In this document: piece after piece, positions 56,741 through 64,000 of the stretch | Numbering within the stretch: position 1 is the stretch's first letter | How the letters are laid out: each line of letters begins with the position of its first letter | Source of the DNA: a bacterium | GTDB taxonomy: Bacteria; Sysuimicrobiota; Sysuimicrobiia; Sysuimicrobiales; Segetimicrobiaceae | Direction of reading: 5' to 3' | Length of the DNA: 64,000 nucleotides | Assembly: GCA_035308905.1 (NCBI GenBank) | Contig: DATGFS010000048.1 | Span: 121,422 to 185,421 of the forward strand | The notes under the pieces: generated by a model | Told to the model about the DNA's origin: nothing | Databases searched by the model: none | What the model saw: the letters and a program-made list of their open reading frames with translations, nothing else | Position numbers and translations under genes: made by a program

Positions 56741-57588
56741 CCCGCGGGCGGCTCCTCGCCTACCGCGCGCTCTTCGGCCTGGCGCTGCTCGCGGCGTGGC
56801 AGGCCGCGTCCGGGCGGCTGATCGATCCGTTCTGGATCTCGAGCCCCGACAAGGTCGGCGCGTTTCTGTGGCAGCTGATCCGCGACGGCTCGATCTGGGG
56901 CCACCTGTCGGTGACGCTCTACGAGACCGCGACCGGCTTCGTCATCGGCGCCGCGGCCGGGATCGCGACCGGTTTCCTCCTCGCCCCCCAGCGCACGCTC
57001 GCGCAGATCCTGGATCCGTACATCGTGGCGTTCAACGGCGTTCCGCGGATCGCGCTCGCGCCGCTGTTCATCATCTGGTTCGGCATCGGCCCGAACTCCA
57101 AGGTCGTGCTCGTCGTGACCGTGGTGTTCTTCCTGACCTTCTTCAACACGTACTCCGGCGTGCGCGGCGTGGAGCACGAGTACGTCAACGTGCTGCGCAT
57201 CATGGGCGCGAGCCCGCGGCAGATCCTCTGGAAGGTCACCGTGCCCGCGACGGTACCCTGGATCACGACCGGCCTCAAGATCAGCGTGCCCTACGCGATC
57301 GTCGCGGCCATCGTAGGGGAGTTCATCGCGGCGAGCCGCGGCCTCGGGTATCTCATCAACTACTACACCGGTCTGTTCTCGACGACCGGCGCGCTTGCGG
57401 GAATCATCATTGTAGCGTTGATCGTCGTACTGTCCAGCGAGGCGATCAACTGGGCGGAGGCGTATCTTCTCCGCTGGCGCCCCACCGCGGAGACGCGTCC
57501 GGCAGCAGGCGCCGCAGCCGCCGGAGGTCCTGTGTCAGCCGCCGAAGGTCCTGCCCGCGGACCCGCCGCGGGCCACGATCTCATCTAG
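56737..57588 (+). CDS. ABC permease (SsuC/TauC family)
   Basis: 6 TM helices with an EAA-like loop. ATGA overlap with the SBP stop. Confidence 0.75.
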   Translation: MTRGRLLAYRALFGLALLAAWQAASGRLIDPFWISSPDKVGAFLWQLIRDGSIWGHLSVTLYETATGFVIGAAAGIATGFLLAPQRTLAQILDPYIVAFNGVPRIALAPLFIIWFGIGPNSKVVLVVTVVFFLTFFNTYSGVRGVEHEYVNVLRIMGASPRQILWKVTVPATVPWITTGLKISVPYAIVAAIVGEFIAASRGLGYLINYYTGLFSTTGALAGIIIVALIVVLSSEAINWAEAYLLRWRPTAETRPAAGAAAAGGPVSAAEGPARGPAAGHDLI

Positions 57589-57632
57589 GCACGAGGCGGG
57601 GAGCGCGAAGTCTATTCACCAGGAGGCAGGTC

Positions 57633-59063
57633 ATGCCCGACACGCCAGAAGTCGCGACACCATCCGCGGCACCACAGCCATCCTCGACGCCTTCCGCGGC
57701 GGCACTGACGCCGCTCGAACAGCAGGCGCTCGAACACATCTGGATCCACACCGCGCGGTGGCTCGATCTCGCCGAGCGCGACGGCCTGCGTGTGCTGGTC
57801 CGCGGCAAGGGCTGCAACCTGTGGGACGCGCGCGGCCGCCAGTATCTCGACAGCCTCGCGGGACTCTACGTGGTGAACGTGGGGCACGGCCGGGCGGAGA
57901 TCGGCGAAGCCATGGCCCGCCAGGCCGGGGAGCTCGCCTACGTCTCGGCCGCCTCCTACACGAGCCTGCCGGCGGTGCAGCTGGGGGACGTGCTGGCGGG
58001 GCTGACGCCGGGCGATCTCAACCGGTTCTTCTTCTGCTCCGGGGGATCGGAAGCGGTCGAGACCGCGATGAAGATCGCCAAGCAGATCCAGGCGATGCGG
58101 GGCTTCCCGAAGCGGTACAAGATCATCGCGCGGGTCGGCGGCTACCACGGGGCGACGTTCGGCGCCCTGAGCATCACGTCGTCGCGCAACGAGACCTACT
58201 TCGGGCCGTTCATGCACGGCGTGTCGTTCGTGCCCTCGCCGGACCGCTATCGCGCGCGGTTCGGCCTCGGCGGCGAAGCCGAGGACCTGGCGTGCGCGGA
58301 CGCCATTGACTACGAGATCCGCGCGCAGGGACCGGAGACGGTCGCCGCCGTGATCGGCGAGCCGGTGTCGGCCGCCAACGCCACGCACGTGCCGTCTCCC
58401 CGGTACTGGCAGCGCGTGCGGGAGATCTGCGACAGGCACGGTGTGCTCTTGATTCTCGACGAGGTCATCAACGGCTTCGGCCGCACGGGCACGATGTTTG
58501 CGACCGAGCAGTTCGGCATCGCGCCGGACCTCATGACCATGGCCAAGGGGCTGTCGTCGGGCTACGCGCCGATCGGCGCGGTGGCCGTCACCGACCGTCT
58601 CTACACAGAGTTCAAGCAGAAGGACGTCGGCTTGGCGCACCTCCTGACGTTCGGCGGACAGGCGGTGTCGTGCGCGGCGGCGCTGGCGAACCTCGACATC
58701 ATCCGCCGCGAGGATCTACCGCGCCGGTGCGCGGAACAGAGCGGGTATCTCGACGCGCAGCTGCGGCGCCTCGGTGCCCATCCGACGGTCGGCGACGTGC
58801 GCGGCATCGGCCTGCTCTACGCGGTGGAGCTCGTCCAGAACAAGGAGACGAAGGAGCCGTTCGGCTGGGGCCCGGCCGCGGCCGCGCATCCGTTCAGCCG
58901 GCGCCTCATGGCGGCGATGGATGAGCGCGGGCTGTTTGGGCGCGTGTTCATGTCAATCCAGATCTCCCCGCCGCTGATCATCACCCGCGAGGAAATCGAC
59001 CGCATGGTGTCGATCATCGACGAGAGCCTGACCGTGACGGAGCGTGAGTTCGGCTTCGCCTAA
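57633..59063 (+). CDS. Class-III (omega) PLP-dependent aminotransferase
   Basis: PLP-Lys region DEVINGFGRTG and class-III fold; RBS AGGAGG. Taurine-pyruvate or other omega-amino acid-pyruvate aminotransferase candidate. Confidence 0.8.
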   Translation: MPDTPEVATPSAAPQPSSTPSAAALTPLEQQALEHIWIHTARWLDLAERDGLRVLVRGKGCNLWDARGRQYLDSLAGLYVVNVGHGRAEIGEAMARQAGELAYVSAASYTSLPAVQLGDVLAGLTPGDLNRFFFCSGGSEAVETAMKIAKQIQAMRGFPKRYKIIARVGGYHGATFGALSITSSRNETYFGPFMHGVSFVPSPDRYRARFGLGGEAEDLACADAIDYEIRAQGPETVAAVIGEPVSAANATHVPSPRYWQRVREICDRHGVLLILDEVINGFGRTGTMFATEQFGIAPDLMTMAKGLSSGYAPIGAVAVTDRLYTEFKQKDVGLAHLLTFGGQAVSCAAALANLDIIRREDLPRRCAEQSGYLDAQLRRLGAHPTVGDVRGIGLLYAVELVQNKETKEPFGWGPAAAAHPFSRRLMAAMDERGLFGRVFMSIQISPPLIITREEIDRMVSIIDESLTVTEREFGFA

Positions 59064-59078
59064 ACGGTCCGCCGGACG

Positions 59079-60152
59079 CTACGCCGGCCGGTAGCGGCCG
59101 ACAATCCGCCGCACCTCGTCGAGCGGCATCGCCTCGACGGTGCCGTGGAGCCCCGTCATGGTTTCCGCCGCGGTCAGGGCGTTCAGGATCGACTCCTCGG
59201 TGGCCTCCGCCACGGCCTCGAAGAACGGGTCGATGTGCTCGTGCGGGATCATCGCGAGCGCGTACGGCTTCGTCGGCGGCGCCGCAAGCTCGTTCCCGGT
59301 CGCGAACGCGAGGAACAGGTCGCCGCTCGTATTGAACCCGTGGCCCCCGACGCGCGCCAGGCCGACCGTCGCGCGGCGCGCCAAGCGGGTGCACTGGATC
59401 GGAAGGAGCGGCGCGTCCGTGGCGACGATCACGATAATCGAGCCTTTCGGCTCGGGGCCGCCGCGACTCGTCTCGATCTCGCGTCCCACCGGCACGCCGT
59501 CGACGCGCAGGTGCGGCATCCGGCCGTAGTTCGCCTGCACCAGCACCCCGACGGCGTAGCGGCCGCCGAGCACCTCGACGACGCGCGACGAGGTGCCGAT
59601 GCCGCCTTTGAAGCCGTGACACCGCATGCCCGTCCCGCCGCCCACGTTGCCCTCCGGCACCGGGCCGCCCGCGGCCGCCGCCAGCGCCTCATAGACGTGC
59701 TCGCGCGTTACAGGGAACGCGTCGATGTCGTTGAGGAAGCCGTCGTACGTCTCCGAGACGACGGGCAGATGGAACCGGTGGCTGTAGCCGTGCTCCACGG
59801 CGTAGCCGATCAGCGCGTCTCGGACGATGCCGACGGCGTAGGTGTTGGTGATGGCGATCGGCGAGCCCAGCAGCCCGGATTCTTCCAGCCACGGCAGCCC
59901 CGTCATCTCGCCGTTTCCATTGAACGAAAAGGCCCCGGCGAACGCGTAGTTGCTCCAGATCGCGCCGCTGCGGGGCACGATCACGGTGACCCCGGTGCGC
60001 GTCACGTGGGGCGCGTCGGCTATCAAGGTGCGGTGGCCGACCAGCACGCCGCCCACATCGGTGATGCCGTTGAGCGGCCCGGTGGGCAGTCGCCCGATCG
60101 TGACGCCGAGGTCTCGCACACGCGCGCGTCCCATACCGATCCCTCCAGTCAA
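59079..60152 (-). CDS. DmpA/L-aminopeptidase D-Ala-esterase family (peptidase S58, Ntn-hydrolase)
   Basis: ITDVGGVLVGH N-terminal motif and a G-S autoproteolytic-site region, typical of S58. Confidence 0.75.
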   Translation of the reverse strand: MTGGIGMGRARVRDLGVTIGRLPTGPLNGITDVGGVLVGHRTLIADAPHVTRTGVTVIVPRSGAIWSNYAFAGAFSFNGNGEMTGLPWLEESGLLGSPIAITNTYAVGIVRDALIGYAVEHGYSHRFHLPVVSETYDGFLNDIDAFPVTREHVYEALAAAAGGPVPEGNVGGGTGMRCHGFKGGIGTSSRVVEVLGGRYAVGVLVQANYGRMPHLRVDGVPVGREIETSRGGPEPKGSIIVIVATDAPLLPIQCTRLARRATVGLARVGGHGFNTSGDLFLAFATGNELAAPPTKPYALAMIPHEHIDPFFEAVAEATEESILNALTAAETMTGLHGTVEAMPLDEVRRIVGRYRPA

Positions 60153-60361
60153 GGCGGGTGAATCGAGCGGATTCGATACGTGCTTCGTGTTCGACGCGGG
60201 GGTCTCCCCAACCGTCCGGCGAGCGTCCCTAGGAACGCCGGGTGTTTGCGGAATGTTGCCCCGCCTTGGAGCCGTTGATATAAGATAGCGAGAACGGCCG
60301 CCGCGCGCGCGGCGCGCCGGCCCGAGCGTGGCGGGCGATCGAACCCGGCGGATGGTGATCG

Positions 60362-61726
60362 ATGCGGATTGACCGGCTGCTCCACGGACGTCTGTACTAC
60401 GGATGGATCGTCGCCGGCGTGACGTTTCTCACGCTGCTTGCGGCCGCCGGCGTGCGGTCGACGCCGGGCGTCCTGATCGTCCCGCTCGAGCACGAGTTCG
60501 GCTGGAACCGCGAGGTCGTCCCGGCGGCGGTGTCGATCAGTCTGCTCCTGTACGGTTTCTCCGGGCCCTTTGCCGCGGCGCTGATGGACCGGTTCGGCGT
60601 GCGGCGGATCGTGCTGTTCTCGCTCGTCTCTGTGGCGGCCGGCGTGGGCCTCACGACGGTCATGCGCAACTCCTGGCAGCTCGATCTGCTGTGGGGCCTG
60701 GTCGTCGGTCTCGGCACCGGGTCGATGGCCATGACCCTCGGCGCCTACATCGCGACCCGGTGGTTCGTGGAGCGCCGCGGACTGGTTATGGGCCTGTTCA
60801 GCGCGAGCAGCGCGACCGGTCAGCTCATCTTTCTGCCGCTGCTGGCCTCGCTCGTGGTGCTGCACGGCTGGCGCGCCGCGTCCATCACCGTGTCGGCGGT
60901 CGCGCTCGCGATGATCCCGATCGCCGCGCTGTTGATGCGCAACGATCCGGCGGAGATCGGCCTCCGTCCGTTCGGCGCGCCCGCCGGCGCCGGCCCCGTC
61001 CCGGACGTGCCGCGATTCGCGGCGGCGGAGCAGGGGCCGGCCCAGGCGGCCGCGGAGGCGCCGCGCGCGGTCCGGCCCATCAATCCGGCGGTCGCGGCCG
61101 TCAGGGCGCTCACGGACAGCATGGGGGTGCGCAATTTCTGGCTGCTCGCCGGGTCGTTCTTCGTATGCGGCGCCAGCACGAACGGCCTGATCGGCACGCA
61201 TCTCATTCCCGCGTCGATGGAGCACGGCATTCCGGAGGTGACGGCCGCCGGCATGCTCGCGACGATCGGCGTGTTCGATCTCATCGGCACCGTGTGCTCC
61301 GGCTGGTTGACCGACCGCTGGGACAGCCGGTACCTGCTGTGCTGGTACTACGGGCTGCGCGGGTTATCGCTGCTGTTCCTCCCCTATGCGCTGGGAACGT
61401 CGTTCGCTCCCATGGCCGCGTTCGCCGTCTTCTACGGGCTCGACTGGGTGGCCACGGTGCCGCCCACCGTGCGGTTGACGGCGGACATCTTTGGCAGGCA
61501 GCGCGTCGGCGTCGTGTTCGGATGGATCTTTGCGTCGCACCAGCTCGGCGCGGCGACCGCCGCGTTCGGCGCGGGGGCGCTGCGCACGTGGTTTGGCACC
61601 TATCAGGGCGCCTTCATGGGCGCCGGGCTGCTCTGCCTGATCGCGTCGGGATTGGTGATGCGCATCACGTCGCCGTCCCGGGGTGTGACGGCGCCGCTGC
61701 GGCCGGCTGAGGCGGGGGCGGTATAA
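60362..61726 (+). CDS. MFS transporter (OFA/MCT-like)
   Basis: 12 TM helices with a central cytoplasmic loop; MFS-like motif positions. Confidence 0.7.
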   Translation: MRIDRLLHGRLYYGWIVAGVTFLTLLAAAGVRSTPGVLIVPLEHEFGWNREVVPAAVSISLLLYGFSGPFAAALMDRFGVRRIVLFSLVSVAAGVGLTTVMRNSWQLDLLWGLVVGLGTGSMAMTLGAYIATRWFVERRGLVMGLFSASSATGQLIFLPLLASLVVLHGWRAASITVSAVALAMIPIAALLMRNDPAEIGLRPFGAPAGAGPVPDVPRFAAAEQGPAQAAAEAPRAVRPINPAVAAVRALTDSMGVRNFWLLAGSFFVCGASTNGLIGTHLIPASMEHGIPEVTAAGMLATIGVFDLIGTVCSGWLTDRWDSRYLLCWYYGLRGLSLLFLPYALGTSFAPMAAFAVFYGLDWVATVPPTVRLTADIFGRQRVGVVFGWIFASHQLGAATAAFGAGALRTWFGTYQGAFMGAGLLCLIASGLVMRITSPSRGVTAPLRPAEAGAV

Positions 61727-61782
61727 ACCGGCCGCAGGGCCCGCGGGTTCGCGCCCTCCCCGCCGCGACGGCCGCGCCCCCC

Positions 61783-63111
61783 GTGTTCGGTGCAGGGCGG
61801 CCGGCCGCGGCACTTGCCGTCATCGCCCTCTGCGTGCTGCTCGGGCGGCTCCCCGTCGTATCGGCGCACGCTGTTCTCCTCCGCGCAGAGCCTACAGATT
61901 TGTGCCTCCTGCCGGGCGGCGAGAGCCTGCCGTCCGATTCACCGATCTGTCGCGCGGGCGCGGTGCTGTCGCAGCCGCCGCGCGCGGTGCGTCTGGTCTT
62001 CAACGAGCCGGTGCAGCCGATCGGCCGGGGTCTGCGCGTCATCGGACCGGACGGGCGGCGTGTGGACCAGGGGCCGGTCGGCGTCGCCGGCGCCACGGTG
62101 GCGGTGAACGTGGACGCGCGCGCGCCCGGAACCTACCGGGTCGTCTGGTCCGTGATTTCTCCCGACACGCATCCCGACTTTGGCACGATGGCCTTCAGCG
62201 TGCTGCGTCCAGGCGGTGTGCTCGCGGAAGGAACGCCGGCCGGCGGAGGCGCCGCCGTTTGGGGAACTATCCTTGGAGCGCTTGCGCATCTCTTGCATTT
62301 TGCCGGTTACGCGCTCGGGTTCGGAACCCTTGCGGCGGTGTGGCTCGCGGGCCGGGCCGATCCGCCATCCCGCGTCTCCGGCGCGCCGGAGCTTCTGTGG
62401 CGTCTCACCGGTGTCGGCATCGCGCTGCTGCTGTTTGCCGAGCCGATCGGGTTTGCGGCGGAGTCCGTCGCCCTCGGCGCGGCGGGAGGCGGTGCCGACC
62501 CCGCGGTCGTCGGAGCCGTGCTCGATTCGAGTTTCGGCCGCGTGCTCGCGCAGCGCCTCGCGGCCGCGATTTTGTTATGGGTCCTCGCGGGGGCGCTCCA
62601 AAGCGGCGCGCTGCGCGCCGCCTGGACGGTGCCGCTGCTCGGCGCCGGGCTCGCGTTTATCGACGGGCAGGCCGCGCACGCGAGCGCCGTGCGCCCGGTC
62701 TGGTGGGGCCTAGGGATCAACGCCGTTCACGTGGGCGCGATGGGACTGTGGGGCGGCACCCTGGCGTTGGCCCTGCTGTCCCGTCCCGCGGCCGCGAGCC
62801 GGCCGCCAACCGTGACGGTGCGGCCGGTGGCTTCGGTGGGGCGGCTCGCGCTGGCCGCCGGTATTGCCGCCGTCGCGAGCGGGGTCGTGATGGCGTTCCA
62901 GCACCTGGCCGGGTTCCGGGATTTTGTCGCGAATCCGTACGGGCGGACGCTTGCGGTGAAGATCTGCGCGGTTGCGGCGGCGGCGGGACTGGGATGGTTC
63001 GGCGTCCGCCGGCAGACGGCGCGGCGGCTCCTCACGTGGGAGGCGGCGGCGATGCTGGTGGTCTTCGCCCTGGCGGGAATACTGGTGCTGCTGCGGCCGC
63101 CCGTACCGTGA
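61783..63111 (+). CDS. Copper resistance CopC-CopD fusion protein
   Basis: N-terminal CopC cupredoxin-like domain (HAVLLRAEP...YRVVWSVISPDTHP) followed by an 8-TM CopD-like domain. Confidence 0.7.
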   Translation: MFGAGRPAAALAVIALCVLLGRLPVVSAHAVLLRAEPTDLCLLPGGESLPSDSPICRAGAVLSQPPRAVRLVFNEPVQPIGRGLRVIGPDGRRVDQGPVGVAGATVAVNVDARAPGTYRVVWSVISPDTHPDFGTMAFSVLRPGGVLAEGTPAGGGAAVWGTILGALAHLLHFAGYALGFGTLAAVWLAGRADPPSRVSGAPELLWRLTGVGIALLLFAEPIGFAAESVALGAAGGGADPAVVGAVLDSSFGRVLAQRLAAAILLWVLAGALQSGALRAAWTVPLLGAGLAFIDGQAAHASAVRPVWWGLGINAVHVGAMGLWGGTLALALLSRPAAASRPPTVTVRPVASVGRLALAAGIAAVASGVVMAFQHLAGFRDFVANPYGRTLAVKICAVAAAAGLGWFGVRRQTARRLLTWEAAAMLVVFALAGILVLLRPPVP

Positions 63112-63133
63112 GCGTGCCCGCGCGCATGTGGGG

Positions 63134-64000
63134 GTGGCCGTCGTGCGGTTGATCGTCAGCCTGGCCGGAATATGCCTGATCGTCTCGATGCTCTGGGACG
63201 CCTTCGAAACCGTCGTCCTGCCGAGACGGGTGTCCCGCCGCGTCCGCGTGGCTTTCTACATTGGGTACCTGTGGCGCGCGTGGGTCGGGATCGTCGGCCG
63301 CATACAGCGAAGAAGCCGGCGCGAAGCCTACCTCGCGTATTTCGGACCCCTCGTGACGCTGAGCCTGCTGGCCGTGTGGGCCCTGGGTCTGATCCTCGGG
63401 TTCGCGATGCTGCACTGGGGCCTCGGCTCGCAAATGAGCGCGCCGGAAAGCCATCCCGGGTTCGGTACGGACGTGTACCTCAGCGGGACGACATTCTTCA
63501 CGCTGGGGCTCGGGGATGTCGTGCCGAAGTCCGTGCCCGCGCGGATTGTCCTCGTGGTGGAGGGCGGAGTCGGATTTTCGTTCCTGGCCTTGATCATTTC
63601 GTACCTGCCGGTAATCTACCAGGCGTTCTCCCGCCGGGAGTCGCGGATCTCGGTTCTCGATGCCTGGGCCGGGTCTCCGCCGAGCGCCGGGGAACTGCTG
63701 CGGCGCGCCGGGGGCGACCGCGCGCTGCTCGAGCCGTTCCTGCGCGAGTGGGAGGGATGGGCGGCCGAGTTGCTCGAGAGCCATATCTCGTACCCGGTGC
63801 TGGTGTACTTTCGGTCCCAGCACGACAACGAATCCTGGCTCTCCGCGCTGACGGCGATCCTGGACACGTGCGCGCTGGTCATCGGCGCGGTCGAAGGAGC
63901 GCCGCGGCGGGTGGCGGAGCTCACCTTCGCCATGGCGCGCCACGCCGTCGTCGACATCAGCATCATGTTCAACCAGCCGCCCGATCCGCCGCGGCAGGAC
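63134..64000 (+). CDS. K+-channel-like ion channel (pore loop TLGLGD), 3' truncated by the window end
   Basis: Open frame from the GTG at 63134 to the window end; absent from the ORF track. TM helices flank a pore-helix/filter-like segment TTFFTLGLGDVVP (compare the T-x-G-Y/L-G-D K+ selectivity signature). Confidence 0.45.
   Translation, partial: MAVVRLIVSLAGICLIVSMLWDAFETVVLPRRVSRRVRVAFYIGYLWRAWVGIVGRIQRRSRREAYLAYFGPLVTLSLLAVWALGLILGFAMLHWGLGSQMSAPESHPGFGTDVYLSGTTFFTLGLGDVVPKSVPARIVLVVEGGVGFSFLALIISYLPVIYQAFSRRESRISVLDAWAGSPPSAGELLRRAGGDRALLEPFLREWEGWAAELLESHISYPVLVYFRSQHDNESWLSALTAILDTCALVIGAVEGAPRRVAELTFAMARHAVVDISIMFNQPPDPPRQD

Noticed and set aside
60149-61225. 358-aa minus-strand ORF opposite the MFS transporter
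   Set aside because: Antisense artefact; the MFS gene has 12 clear TM segments in the plus frame.
63032-63943. 303-aa minus-strand ORF at the right edge
   Set aside because: Antisense to the better-supported plus-strand K+-channel-like frame (63134 to the window end), which has TM and pore-loop features.

Overview
High-GC (~70% by eye) bacterial chromosomal segment, probably from a soil Actinobacteria-like or related high-GC lineage; the taxon cannot be fixed from sequence alone. It is gene-dense on both strands. Many long antisense ORFs in the six-frame track are GC-driven artefacts. I did not see any rRNA, CRISPR array, integrase or transposase.

Main content, left to right:
- Tail of a formate dehydrogenase locus: fdhE (5' partial), Fe-S subunit, NrfD-like membrane subunit.
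- A metallophosphoesterase, then OsmC, a PF04008-like protein, rpiA and a small CBM48-like protein.
- A copper module: csoR, copA, copZ, with a candidate CsoR operator upstream.
- A GH15 glycosidase.
- A minus-strand BMP-family ABC transporter followed by a DapA-like gene and a cyclic amidohydrolase.
- tRNA-Asp, then a DUF4870 protein and a GT87-like membrane protein.
- A minus-strand Liv-type ABC operon interleaved with two acyl/aryl-CoA ligases.
- A secreted copper-amine-oxidase-N-domain protein, then tRNA-Phe followed by a mixed-cargo stretch (O-methyltransferase, a conspicuously low-GC RibD_C/DHFR-family gene, GAF-GGDEF, M19 dipeptidase, vapBC, AKR, VWA protein, lipase, APC permease, UspA).
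- Two TrkA-domain proteins directly upstream of a complete kdp locus (extra small peptide, kdpF, kdpA, kdpB, kdpC, kdpD, kdpE), then msrB.
- A tau-like ABC transporter plus class-III aminotransferase, a DmpA peptidase, an MFS transporter, a CopC-CopD fusion and a 3'-truncated K+-channel-like gene.

Most unusual items:
(i) an ~880-aa protein with an N-terminal GAF-like domain, a ~500-aa coiled coil encoded partly by five or more near-perfect 42-bp tandem repeats, and a degenerate C-terminal HD-GYP domain;
(ii) a ~40% GC RibD_C/DHFR-family gene embedded by an ATGA stop/start overlap in a 70% GC operon near tRNA-Phe;
(iii) a kdpD whose conserved N-terminus has no canonical in-frame start codon;
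(iv) an extra small hydrophobic peptide ahead of kdpF, and TrkA-domain genes with no channel partner.
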